Positions 1 through 9,007 of a DNA stretch of 40,741 bases are shown in pieces. This DNA comes from a virus. Taxonomy: Duplodnaviria; Heunggongvirae; Uroviricota; Caudoviricetes. Where the stretch lies: positions 1-40,741 of IMG/VR virus record IMGVR_UViG_2711768062_000003; one strand, given 5' to 3'. The notes beneath the pieces are model-generated. The model made no database searches. It saw only the letters and a list, made by a program, of their open reading frames with translations, and was not told the DNA's origin. Both the position numbers and the translations under genes were made by a program. Positions within the stretch are counted from its first letter, which is position 1, and each line of letters opens with the position of its first letter.

Positions 1-1194
1 ATGATCACCGACACAAAGCTCAGGAAGGCGCTCGGCAAGAAAAGAGATGATATCGAGATTATTTCTGATTCGCACGGGCTCAACGCCAGAATCAGCCAGG
101 CCGGAAAAATATCATTTTTCTATCGGTATCGCTGGGCCGGTAAAGCGGTAAAACTCAATGTTGGTGATTATCCTGCAATGAGTATCACCCAGGCAAGAGA
201 GCGTCGCCAACAATTCAGAAACTGGTTAACTGAGGGACTGGATCCGCGAGAGCAGGTGAAGCTGGATAAGCAGACCCGACAGGAAGCGATGTCCGTTGCC
301 GAAGCGTTCAATTACTGGATTGAAAGGCACTGTATCGCTAACGGGCTAGTTAAAGTCGATTACTATCGCCAGGTGTTTGAGAAACATATCGCCGAACCGA
401 TGAAGAATGTCAAAGTCGATAACACAGCGAAAATGCACTGGATCAACGTCTTCGATTCTATAGAAAGCAGGGTGATGGCTCATTACATGCTTTCGCTGTG
501 CAAACGGGCCTTTAGGTTCTGCGTTAACAGAAGTGTGATCGCCTCAAACCCACTCGAGGGATTACTGCCATCTGATGTCGGGCAAAAGCCTAAAAAGAGA
601 ACTCGCAGGATGGACGATGACGATCTGCGCAAAATCTATCAGTGGTTGAAAAGCCATATGTCGATAGAGTCCGTTTTCCTGGTGAAATTTATTATGCTTA
701 CCGGATGCCGTACGGCTGAGATTCGACTTAGTGAGAGATCATGGTTTCGATTGGATGATAATGAGTGGGTCGTGCCTGCGGGCAGTTATAAAACTCGGGT
801 ACATATTAGAAGGGGACTCTCAGACGCCGCCGTTAACCTGGTCAGAAATCACCTCAAGAAAATAAACACCAATCACCTGGTGACTTCACAACGTAAAATT
901 GATGGCGGGATCAAAGATTCGCCCGTTCATTCACCTGTGGCATCCAATTACGCCCGTTCTATTTGGAATGGAACAGGTATGGCAGAGTGGTCGCTTCATG
1001 ATATGAGGCGGACGATAGCCACAAATCTCTCTGAGTTAGGTTGCCCGCCGCACGTAATTGAAAAGCTGCTCGGGCATCAGATGGTGGGGGTTATGGCGCA
1101 TTACAACCTTCATGACTATATCGATGATCAGAAACACTGGCTCCGCGTTTGGCAGAGCCATCTTGAAGAGATCATCGGAGAGCCCTTCAGTTAA
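1..1194 (+). CDS. Tyrosine-type site-specific integrase (phage integrase family)
   Basis: 397-aa ORF starting at ATG at position 1; C-terminal catalytic region with conserved Arg/His/Tyr context ([11 protein letters not shown] ... [18 protein letters not shown]); convergent with an excisionase-like gene. Confidence 0.85.
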
Positions 1195-1433
1195 TTTATC
1201 TTCTTTTTATCCTCCCACTCTTTGATTGACTCAGAGCGCCAGCGGTTAGGGTTGCCGGGCCAGTCAGGGGGTGGGAACGGGCATACGAAGCCCCGAGGCA
1301 TTGTGTCTGCACTTTGCCATGACCAAAGGGTTTTGCGTGAAATTTTGTAGCGACTGGTCAGGTCTGACGTTACCAAAATATCATCCATAGCTCTCTCCAG
1401 TTGCCCGTTCGGGCCATTCAAAATCTTTTTCAA
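1191..1433 (-). CDS. AlpA-family excisionase / transcriptional regulator (Xis-like)
   Basis: 80-aa ORF with motif [15 protein letters not shown] typical of AlpA/Xis HTH proteins; adjacent to the integrase; true start may be the internal Met (MDDIL). Confidence 0.6.
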
Positions 1434-1672
1434 CCAACCTGCCCGGGCAGGGAGCGGAGACGGCGCATGCCGGTCATCGCTGTGGCCACGTAGCTCGCCT
1501 TTCGGTTCACCACCTCCACCCAGACTTTCACGCCTTCAACCTTCACCGTATAAGTCTCTTTCATCTTGCTTCGCCCATAGTCGCCATATGTTTGCAAGTG
1601 AGCTGCCAGCGCGATGTCGCATGCTTGGCGAGCTAAAGGTGATTGCTTACTTCCTCGATTGATCAGTCGCAT
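1430..1672 (-). CDS. Hypothetical early-operon protein
   Basis: 80-aa ORF; strong SD (AAGGAG) 6 nt upstream of ATG; 4-nt overlap with downstream gene (translational coupling). Confidence 0.5.
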   Translation of the reverse strand: MRLINRGSKQSPLARQACDIALAAHLQTYGDYGRSKMKETYTVKVEGVKVWVEVVNRKASYVATAMTGMRRLRSLPGQVG

Positions 1673-1710
1673 ATAATCTCCTTGAGGGAGGGTTACCCCT
1701 CCCGGTTTCG

Positions 1711-2829
1711 TCAGGCCACGTATTCCGGTTTCATATCCGCCAGGGTGATGCTGAATTGATCGTGCAGTTCATCGCCTAAGTGACGCTTTGAAGATGCAAG
1801 CATGCGCTCGGCTTCAGCGAACCGTTCGGCTGCATGCGGCTCGTCGGGCTGGGGCAGGGATTTAATAGCCTCCTCAACCTTGTTGCGTGCATCCACTAGG
1901 TAATAACGCTTTACGGCTTTGTTTTTCAGCTCGGTGAATAGTGCGGATCCCAGCGTAGCTTTCGCCGTTTCAATGTCGGCACGCAGCGATTTGGCGCTAT
2001 CCACGTCCTGAGCAGATTCGATGCGTTCGCGGAAATCATCGGCAAGAGAGTCGACATTTACCGACGATTCCTGTGCGCTTTGCGTGGTTGTGACGGTGTC
2101 ACATGAGATATCAGCCAGGCTAACGCGTTGCGGCGTTGGGTTGATCTCTTTTTCTGTGCGCTGTTCAATCTCATCAGGGGTGTACACACCAAGAACAACT
2201 GCAGGGCAATACAGGCGCGCCCAGTATTTGAGTGCCAGATAAGCGATCTGCTGTTTCGGGTTTGATACCCAAAGTGGAGAATTACGTGTGATTACGCTGG
2301 AGAGGAAAACAGGCTCTCCCCAGGTGATATCACTTTCACCGCGAATAACGGCACCTACCCGTACCGACAGTCCTTGTTCATCAGCACTTTCCCAACCGCG
2401 TACCATTTCTTTCTTGTCGTACGTCCCGCCACCTTTCGCAGGCTTTTTAACGGTTATCTCGCGGCTGCTGGCACATTTCGACCAGTCGCCCTCGTACTCA
2501 TAGTGAAAGCGGCCAACGATGGCGTTTGAGCTGGAGATCACCGCATTAACCAGTTGCGCTTCGTATCCCAGGACACCGTTAACCAGGTGCGTCTTTTGCG
2601 CCACGGCGTAAGGGTTCATACCCCACTGCATCGCCTGCATGATGATGGCCATGCAGTCTGCCGGATTGCCGCGGAGGTGCTCAGGCACCGTTACGGCTGC
2701 CTGTGCCATCAACCCGGCGACAGACTGAAGCTGGGTTAAAGCCTGCACGTTGAAAATGGCATTGCTGGCTGAGATCGTGTTTGGAGTCTGCTGTTCAGCG
2801 GTTACGATATTCGTGTTTTCCATCATCAT
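1711..2829 (-). CDS. RecT/Bet-family single-strand annealing recombinase
   Basis: 372-aa ORF; N-terminal core (IIMQAMQWGMNPYAVAQKTHLVNGVLGYEAQLVNAV) matches the RecT/Red-beta pattern from memory; immediately downstream of the exonuclease gene as in recET modules. Confidence 0.65.
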   Translation of the reverse strand: MMMENTNIVTAEQQTPNTISASNAIFNVQALTQLQSVAGLMAQAAVTVPEHLRGNPADCMAIIMQAMQWGMNPYAVAQKTHLVNGVLGYEAQLVNAVISSSNAIVGRFHYEYEGDWSKCASSREITVKKPAKGGGTYDKKEMVRGWESADEQGLSVRVGAVIRGESDITWGEPVFLSSVITRNSPLWVSNPKQQIAYLALKYWARLYCPAVVLGVYTPDEIEQRTEKEINPTPQRVSLADISCDTVTTTQSAQESSVNVDSLADDFRERIESAQDVDSAKSLRADIETAKATLGSALFTELKNKAVKRYYLVDARNKVEEAIKSLPQPDEPHAAERFAEAERMLASSKRHLGDELHDQFSITLADMKPEYVA

Positions 2830-2834
2830 TCCCC

Positions 2835-5800
2835 TTATGCCTGAGTACGCAGCGCTTCAAGGCGGCGCAGGTCGAAGTCGTTCAGTTCGTCGGTGTAGTC
2901 AGCAGTGATTGGCGCTGGCCATTCACCTGTGTCGAATCCGGTTGCGATATTGCGCATCGCTTTGCGGTACTCGAGCATACCCAGCTCCAGTAGTTCAGCG
3001 GATGCCTCGATGATGGCGATCCAGTGGTAGTTCTCGTCTTTGTTGACGAAAATCCAGAAGAACTGATCCAGCGCTGCGGTTTCGCAGTACATAGCCGCGC
3101 TCAGGTGATAATCACGTTCAATAATTTCCCGGTGTAGCCTGGCGCGCAGGCTTTCCTGCTTAACATTCCACATGCTGATGGTTTTCAGGTCTGCACCTAT
3201 ACGCACGCCATCCAGGTCGATCTCAAGGTCAGGGCGCACACGAACTTCCAAGCCCGTCTCCTCGTCAAAACCAAAGTAGCTCACCTCAACGGCTCGGCTA
3301 GGGTGGGTCAGCAGCATGCCGGCGGTCGGGTGTGCCAGAAGCGCTTTTTGAATATTCAGCGCGGTGCTCAGCTGCTGGCGGGTGACCAGCACTTTTCCTT
3401 CCGGGTTATCGCGCCAGGCATCCAGCAGTTCGTCGGCAAATACGGCATCTGGTTTGACTGCCTTCACGGCCTGGATCATGTCTGCTTTGGTACCGGACAC
3501 TTTCAGTGGTGCCGGTTTCTGTGCTTCCTGAGCCACAAGGTCAGGGTTGATGATTGCCAACTGCTCCAGCAGCGCGTCACGGCTGCCGCTGGTTTTAACC
3601 GGCGGCGGCAGGGTGGCGTTGTACTCTTTAATGCATGCCTTCATTGCCGTCGCCGTCTGCTTCTGGTCACCATCAATACGCTGGAAGTCAGCTGGCAGCG
3701 CCATATAGTTCTGTGCCGTTTCTTCCAGGTTAGCGCCAAGCGGAACCTGCGGCGGCAGGGTGGCGTTGTACTCTTCCAGTAACACCTTGATGTCGTCGGC
3801 AGACAGCAGCGCCGGCAGGCTGGCATTGTGCTCATCGATAAAGGCGCGCAGGGTCGCGGCCGTTGTGAATGCGCCTTCAGGGATCACCGGTTCAACGCTG
3901 AATTCTGCGTCCAGTAGTTCAGGCTGCAACGCCAGCGCATGCACCAAGTTGCCCATGTCCAGCACCGCTGAGCGCTCTTTGACGATGGTTTTCTCTACGT
4001 GGCGCGCATTGAAGTACATCAGCGAAACGCGCGCATCTTTCACCTGGGTTGAGCTGATGCCGTTGGCGGCGTGGTAAACCTCGTTTGGCAGCCCTTCATA
4101 GCGGCCTGGCTCGAAATAAGCGGGATAAACAACAGCTGGTTCGTCAGATTGCGCTTCTGGCTCGGTTTGTGCTGCAACTGGTTCGGTTTGGCTTACAGAA
4201 TCGCTATTTTTGGCGACAGAATCCGTATTCTGGTTTACATCGTCCTTCTGGCTGGTATCTGACTCTTCACCAGACTCCAGACTGCTTTCGCCTGGCTGTA
4301 CTTCATCACCAACATTTTTTTCATCACTGACAGTTTCTTGAACCTGCACATTGCTGGTGGTTTCCGTAGCCTGTTTCGTGCCATGAGTTGCTGAGTTCTG
4401 CAGTAAAGCCGTAACATCGAATATTCCGTTGCCGACATTTTTAACCAGTTCTTGTTCGGCTTTATGTGGTTGTGCTGTCGCTTCCTCTGCGCGGCGGCGT
4501 GCTTCTTCTTCACGTACGCGTTGCAGGTTCTCTTCGTGAGTGCAGAAGGATTTGCGCGGAGACTCCTTACCTTCAGGTTGGGGAATTTCCTGTGCTGCGG
4601 GTTCAGCCTCATGCAACGGCAATAACTCGACCGCGGAATTGAACGCGGCTGTCATGGTCTGGTTAACAAATTCCAGGTGAGCGACAGGAGTTAAATGAAT
4701 ATTTTCCGGTGCGATACGTACCAGGTTAAAAATAGCCGTGCGGTTAACACCCAGAACGCCTGGCTGATTGCGCAGGATGTTGCTCCATGATTTCCATGGT
4801 TCTTCTTTTTTGGTCACGATTTCTTTAGCGCGACGAAGAATGCTGCCCGGGATCTCGAAGTGGTTGAAGTCCATAGGCAGAAGGGCACATGCAATCTCTA
4901 AATCGAGAGTGTCAAGGGTATGGTATGTATCAGGTCCACGGTCAGTGACGTAACCGCCGTTGGCATTGGTTCCGGAATCAGTACGCTGCACACTACTGAT
5001 GCGATTACCGGCGGCCCATTCGCGAACGAGGATACCGCGGTCGATGTGATCTGTAGCGAACCACAATTTCAAAAACTGGATTAAGGTTGCGAGTTCAGGG
5101 ATTTTTCCATCGACAGGGAAGACTTTCTTAACGGCATTCACGACTTTATGAATATCGTGCTCAATGGCTTTTTTGAATGCTTCCACATTCTCAGCTGCCA
5201 GCAGCAGGTTCTGGACGTACGCGTCATCGGTGTCCATCTCAAGGCGGACAATCTCATTTTTCTGCCCTGCGTCGATGTGATAGAGATATTCACCATCACC
5301 GATGAACTGAGCCAGTACGCGCTGGCGGAATGGCAGGGTGGCAACAACGATCAGGTTCGGTTGCTGTGTCTGCTGGGATTGCTCTTCGGTATCGACTTCA
5401 CCATCAACGACGCCACCTTCTGCCCGGCCGTTCTCGTCGGTCTGGATACCGTCCTCAACAGTGAGATCTTGACCAGTTGTAACGTCAGCAGCGTTGCTGG
5501 TTTCAGTTTTGAGCAACTGCAACTTACCACTGCGCCAGTCTTCTACCAGTTGATTGCGGTCACCGGCATCGGTGTTCACCCAGTCAGACATGAATGCAGC
5601 GATCAATCTTGGTTCGTGCTCTTCGTCTGGTGTGAAAATGTCCTTAACCGCCCGAATCATTTTCCACTCAGCATTCAGGCTGAGTTTGGCGGTCGCGGGC
5701 ACATCGTTCCTTGCCACAAGCAGGCTATGGAGATATGTATTGCCTTCATCCAGTGACATTTCGCTGGCAGCCAACTGCTGCTCTTTAGTGACGTGGGTTT

Positions 5801-6224
5801 GGTATTTATCGTTCATCAGATGGACGGCAAAGCGGACCGCTGGAGTACGGTTTTCAACCGGGACAATTTCGGACGCAGTCGCATCTTCAACGATTACGGT
5901 CGGAGTAGGTGTGTAGGGGGCGTCAACGGAACCAGTAGACACACCAGCGGCTTTTGGCAGCCAGGTGCGCCCATCGTCCTGAAGCTCGTAGCGATCACAC
6001 CAGGTAAAATCAACTTCACCTTCTTTCGGCAGGCCGTCGACAACTGGGAAATCAGTGCGAATCGGTTTGGCGTAGTCCTTACCCCGACCTGTTTCGATAC
6101 CTGCATCTTCCAGCGCAACATCCAGCATCAGATTGGCGCGAGCCTCGGTTTTAGCAGTGAACCAGACCACTGCATCTTGCTTTCCGGATTTCTGAGTGGC
6201 TTTAACCACATTAAAGAATTCCAT
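2835..6224 (-). CDS. RecE-like exonuclease VIII (long N-terminal region, C-terminal PD-(D/E)xK nuclease domain)
   Basis: 1129-aa ORF; C-terminus has RPDLEID ... ADLKT (PD ... DxK) nuclease motif arrangement; paired with RecT-like gene; acidic low-complexity linker and internal repeats. Confidence 0.7.
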   Translation of the reverse strand: MEFFNVVKATQKSGKQDAVVWFTAKTEARANLMLDVALEDAGIETGRGKDYAKPIRTDFPVVDGLPKEGEVDFTWCDRYELQDDGRTWLPKAAGVSTGSVDAPYTPTPTVIVEDATASEIVPVENRTPAVRFAVHLMNDKYQTHVTKEQQLAASEMSLDEGNTYLHSLLVARNDVPATAKLSLNAEWKMIRAVKDIFTPDEEHEPRLIAAFMSDWVNTDAGDRNQLVEDWRSGKLQLLKTETSNAADVTTGQDLTVEDGIQTDENGRAEGGVVDGEVDTEEQSQQTQQPNLIVVATLPFRQRVLAQFIGDGEYLYHIDAGQKNEIVRLEMDTDDAYVQNLLLAAENVEAFKKAIEHDIHKVVNAVKKVFPVDGKIPELATLIQFLKLWFATDHIDRGILVREWAAGNRISSVQRTDSGTNANGGYVTDRGPDTYHTLDTLDLEIACALLPMDFNHFEIPGSILRRAKEIVTKKEEPWKSWSNILRNQPGVLGVNRTAIFNLVRIAPENIHLTPVAHLEFVNQTMTAAFNSAVELLPLHEAEPAAQEIPQPEGKESPRKSFCTHEENLQRVREEEARRRAEEATAQPHKAEQELVKNVGNGIFDVTALLQNSATHGTKQATETTSNVQVQETVSDEKNVGDEVQPGESSLESGEESDTSQKDDVNQNTDSVAKNSDSVSQTEPVAAQTEPEAQSDEPAVVYPAYFEPGRYEGLPNEVYHAANGISSTQVKDARVSLMYFNARHVEKTIVKERSAVLDMGNLVHALALQPELLDAEFSVEPVIPEGAFTTAATLRAFIDEHNASLPALLSADDIKVLLEEYNATLPPQVPLGANLEETAQNYMALPADFQRIDGDQKQTATAMKACIKEYNATLPPPVKTSGSRDALLEQLAIINPDLVAQEAQKPAPLKVSGTKADMIQAVKAVKPDAVFADELLDAWRDNPEGKVLVTRQQLSTALNIQKALLAHPTAGMLLTHPSRAVEVSYFGFDEETGLEVRVRPDLEIDLDGVRIGADLKTISMWNVKQESLRARLHREIIERDYHLSAAMYCETAALDQFFWIFVNKDENYHWIAIIEASAELLELGMLEYRKAMRNIATGFDTGEWPAPITADYTDELNDFDLRRLEALRTQA

Positions 6225-6363
6225 GTGAGATCCTCATTTTTGGGTGTTAGAATCCCCGGACCATTGATAGCGCCCATTGGGTTAACTTTGGTTTTAATGT
6301 TGTTTCCGGTGTAACTTTGGTCGGTACCACCGGACGTAGATCCCGCCTTGCGCGGGTTTTACG

Positions 6364-6525
6364 TTAGCCTTCGTGAGCCATCTGGTCGTGCGAAGCGCAA
6401 CGTTTGGAGCAATACTCTTTTTCTTTGCGCGCCAGCTGTGAGCCGTTGCGATAGAGAAGGGTGCTCTTGATTACTTCCTCCGTTTTAACCGGCTTGCCGC
6501 AATATCCGCATTTCTTGTCTAACAT
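6364..6525 (-). CDS. Small zinc-ribbon protein (4 Cys; resembles Rac YdaE-type small Zn-binding proteins by position and composition)
   Basis: 53-codon ORF (MLDKKCGYCGKPV ... CSKRCASHDQ) not in the supplied ORF track (below length cutoff); GGAGG SD 7 nt upstream of ATG. Confidence 0.45.
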   Translation of the reverse strand: MLDKKCGYCGKPVKTEEVIKSTLLYRNGSQLARKEKEYCSKRCASHDQMAHEG

Positions 6526-6536
6526 GACATCCTCCG

Positions 6537-6743
6537 CTAGTGGCTGAGTCCATGCCCCAGACCGTTCAGATAAACTTCAACCAGCAAATCCTTGGTGTAA
6601 GTCATTTCTACGCCGCGATGCAGATACAAACGTCCGCGAGCGTTAGCTGATGCCGTCCAGGTTGAGTCTTTGTGTTTGACGAGCATCCCCGGCTGAACTG
6701 CGCCGCGGTTTACTGTCTGTGTACCGTAGTGCTGATGAACCAT
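6537..6743 (-). CDS. Small early protein, possibly Kil-like (first gene downstream of the candidate PL)
   Basis: ATG at 6743 preceded by GGAGA; 68 aa; the longer 116-aa frame in the ORF track starts with TTG at 6887; position and size match Rac kilR but homology is unverified. Confidence 0.4.
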   Translation of the reverse strand: MVHQHYGTQTVNRGAVQPGMLVKHKDSTWTASANARGRLYLHRGVEMTYTKDLLVEVYLNGLGHGLSH

Positions 6744-6984
6744 GATGTTCTCCAGTTTTTCTGAGTGAACTTCGCTGGTGGTGCCGCGGCGCTGATCTTC
6801 ACGGTTGAGCGTTTTAACTCTGCAATTCACCACCGCGAAGCTCACTCTGTGCTTTGCCCTTGTCGCCAGGCTGGCGGAACGTTTCAAACCTACTGCGCGT
6901 TAATCTCACCACCTCATTCCGGTCTTCGTATGCCCCGGACGGCTTCTTCGTGGGCGTCCTGCTTTGGTGGTTGTGTTGATGGAG

Positions 6985-7030
6985 TAATTAAACACAATGT
7001 TTATTTGCGTGTCAACATAATGAGTGTTTT
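6985..7030. promoter_or_regulatory. Operator-like inverted repeats (candidate OL) related to the PR/PRM operators
   Basis: AAACACAATGTTT and AACATAATGAGTGTT share AACA(T) ... (A)TGTT half-sites with the palindromes at 9034-9072. Confidence 0.3.
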
Positions 7031-7127
7031 TATATAAACAAAAAGTTTAGTTGGTTGCGCTCGTTGGCACGAGTAGTATGTTTTGTGGTCTATTTTGTGG
7101 TTATAAAAAAATCGATGAGGGTGAGTT

Positions 7128-7334
7128 ATGGATCGTGACGAACTGGAAGAAGACCGCGCAGCGTTTATTGCGGGGGAGATTGGTGGCGCAGTTGTCAGTC
7201 TGATAGCTAACGGGATTGTGATCAGCCGCGATGCGATTGTGGATAGTCTAGAGGCTAAGCGCAGGGTAGTGGGAAACGTCATTCACAAGTGGGTATTGCG
7301 GGATGCGGTTGCTATGGTGAGAAAAGGGCAATAA
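7128..7334 (+). CDS. Hypothetical small protein
   Basis: 68-aa ORF; GAGGG SD before ATG; candidate sigma70 promoter TTGGTT-17-TAGTAT upstream; ends at a bidirectional terminator. Confidence 0.5.
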   Translation: MDRDELEEDRAAFIAGEIGGAVVSLIANGIVISRDAIVDSLEAKRRVVGNVIHKWVLRDAVAMVRKGQ

Positions 7335-7370
7335 AAAACCCAGTTCGGTAACTGGGTTATTGCTTTATTC
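7331..7370. terminator. Rho-independent terminator (bidirectional; strongest for the minus-strand operon)
   Basis: AAAAAACCCAGTT-cggta-AACTGGGTT stem-loop flanked by A-run on one side and T-rich run on the other, between convergent genes. Confidence 0.7.
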
Positions 7371-7823
7371 AACAGATGATGGGGGGGTCGGTGCTTTCTT
7401 AAAGATCGACCACTGAGAAATGTAGGTCAGCAACCTTGAGCTTAACTCGAGTTCTTTTCGTAATATTTCGTCATAACGTTTTTTTGCTGCTTGCATGGTC
7501 GCATCACTAGCGTGATTGTCATCCATAATGATCTTTAGCCTTTTCTTTTCTCGGCTTGAGCATATTGTAAATAACAGACCTGTAAATGACATTCCACCAA
7601 AATCCTTTAACGTTTTGATTACAAAAAGAAGAATCAAAGACAGAAAAGGAACAGATCTGTAGGCCCAATCACGAAACTCACCGTCAGGAAAGAAGATAGG
7701 AATAGCATCTGTAGCATAACCACATATGAGGGAGACAATTAGAAAAGGTAGTCCATTTTTAGCTACATTTTTAACGTTATCGTTAGCCATGATTTTTTCC
7801 CGAGAACGATTTCGAGTCAACAT
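7365..7823 (-). CDS. Small membrane protein (about 3 predicted TM helices), accessory operon gene 3
   Basis: ORF of 152 aa (probable start MANDNV, 141 aa); hydrophobic stretches LPFLIVSLICGYATDAIPIFF, SVPFLSLILLFVI, MSFTGLLFTICS; AT-rich. Confidence 0.6.
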   Translation of the reverse strand: MLTRNRSREKIMANDNVKNVAKNGLPFLIVSLICGYATDAIPIFFPDGEFRDWAYRSVPFLSLILLFVIKTLKDFGGMSFTGLLFTICSSREKKRLKIIMDDNHASDATMQAAKKRYDEILRKELELSSRLLTYISQWSIFKKAPTPPSSVE

Positions 7824-8166
7824 GTAACTTTTGTGTTTTGACTACATAATACGCAAATCCAATCTTAACTAACCAATAAGCTACTGGTATGAGTGCTGCG
7901 TAAAGAGGGATATAGTACATAACCTTACCTCCTGTTAACCACACTATAACACCTAGCATCACTATTAGCGCGACAGAAAATGCTTTCAGCCCAACACAGC
8001 TATCAGGATGTGAAACACTGTTCCTTAGCAACAATACCCTGGATTCATCAAGTGTGTAAGGAATATCGCCAACATGATTTTCGATTTTTGGGAAGGTCTC
8101 AAATACTTCAACCCGATCAATCGAAATAATTGAGCTTGATTGATGATCTAAGCAAACTGCAGCCAC
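7783..8166 (-). CDS. Small membrane protein (2 predicted C-terminal TM helices), accessory operon gene 2
   Basis: 127-aa ORF; hydrophobic stretches AFSVALIVMLGVIVWL and YYIPLYAALIPVAYWLVKIGFAYYVV; start 3 nt from upstream stop; AT-rich. Confidence 0.6.
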   Translation of the reverse strand: MAAVCLDHQSSSIISIDRVEVFETFPKIENHVGDIPYTLDESRVLLLRNSVSHPDSCVGLKAFSVALIVMLGVIVWLTGGKVMYYIPLYAALIPVAYWLVKIGFAYYVVKTQKLHVDSKSFSGKNHG

Positions 8167-8168
8167 TG

Positions 8169-8492
8169 TTATCCCTCTCGAACCTTTAGTGATACTCGGT
8201 TAGCAGCAAATGTGGCAATGAAACCACATTCTACACATATAACAGGGAATGCCCATATACCTCGGCCAGCTGAATGAGGTAGAGGAAGGGTAATTATTGC
8301 AGGATAGTCTTGACTATCTTCTCGTGGAGGAACTCCCCAAAGCGTATGCTTACAAAGCGGACAGGCCATCTCGCCATGTTTTTCTTCGAGGCGTTGAAAA
8401 TAATCTCGAAATTCTTGTCTTGATATTGATAGCGTCAATGCTGTTGTATTGACACTTTCCTGACTTTTTTCTTCTTCAACCTGTTCGCCCAT
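8169..8492 (-). CDS. Zn-ribbon protein with acidic N-terminus, accessory operon gene 1
   Basis: ATG at 8492 (GAGAG SD); CPLCKH ... VICVECGF gives CxxC ... CxxC; candidate promoter TTCACT-17-TATATT upstream; AT-rich. Confidence 0.6.
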   Translation of the reverse strand: MGEQVEEEKSQESVNTTALTLSISRQEFRDYFQRLEEKHGEMACPLCKHTLWGVPPREDSQDYPAIITLPLPHSAGRGIWAFPVICVECGFIATFAANRVSLKVREG

Positions 8493-8603
8493 CTCAGCTC
8501 TCAATATAATGATAATTAACTGGTAAGTGAATTTTGCATATCGTTAAGATGTATCCCATTGGTACAGAAACATCTGAGGGGTAAGTAGCTTTTAACTACC
8601 GTG

Positions 8604-8999
8604 CTACTCACCATCCCCCTTAATCCGCCGTCCCATGTACTTGGCGTACAGTTCATCGAGTTCTTTCAACCGTAGAGATACGATCCGCAACATGTTCTGT
8701 TGTTCTTCTTCGTTTGGGAGTTGATTATAGAGTTCCAACAGTCTCCGTTCGTCGTGTCTCAAACCGTCCTTAGCATCCACGTCCTGACCTAGAACCCACT
8801 CAAGACTTACGCCTAGCGCATCGGCAAGTTTTATTGCTGAGCTTTTTCCTATCGCTCCTCTGACAAACCAGTTGTTGACTGATTGTGCGCTCACACCACA
8901 GATTCTCGCTATATCCGCTTTGGATATGCGCTTCTTCTCGATGATTTCATTTAACCGCCGAACCTGCGGGTTATCTGTTTGGTGTGTGTTTTTTCTCAT
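8604..8999 (-). CDS. CI-like phage repressor (XRE-family HTH, no S24 peptidase domain)
   Basis: 131-aa ORF; HTH signature ISKADIARICGVSAQSVNNWF; divergent from cro-like gene across a palindrome-rich intergenic region; almost leaderless start. Confidence 0.8.
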   Translation of the reverse strand: MRKNTHQTDNPQVRRLNEIIEKKRISKADIARICGVSAQSVNNWFVRGAIGKSSAIKLADALGVSLEWVLGQDVDAKDGLRHDERRLLELYNQLPNEEEQQNMLRIVSLRLKELDELYAKYMGRRIKGDGE

Positions 9000-9007
9000 A
9001 TATCAAG

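Noticed and set aside
1-60. Attachment site (attL) or integration target at the left edge
   Set aside because: The window begins at the integrase start codon, so any att core or flanking tRNA would lie outside the sequence provided; the right edge likewise ends at the invertase stop.
1688-1707. GGGAGGG-ttac-CCCTCCC hairpin between recT-like stop and the next gene
   Set aside because: No T-run on either strand; overlaps the SD region of the downstream gene; probably intercistronic RNA structure, insufficient evidence for a terminator call.
3303-6314. Multiple plus-strand ORFs (for example 3303..3782, 5148..5756, 5793..6314) antisense to the RecE-like gene
   Set aside because: Antisense to a long, motif-supported coding frame; no start-site signals.
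6339-6358. CCCGC-cttg-GCGGG hairpin followed by TTTT between the Zn-ribbon gene and recE-like gene
   Set aside because: The T-run is on the plus strand, whereas the flanking genes are transcribed on the minus strand; not a terminator for the operon, possibly an RNA structural element, so not called.
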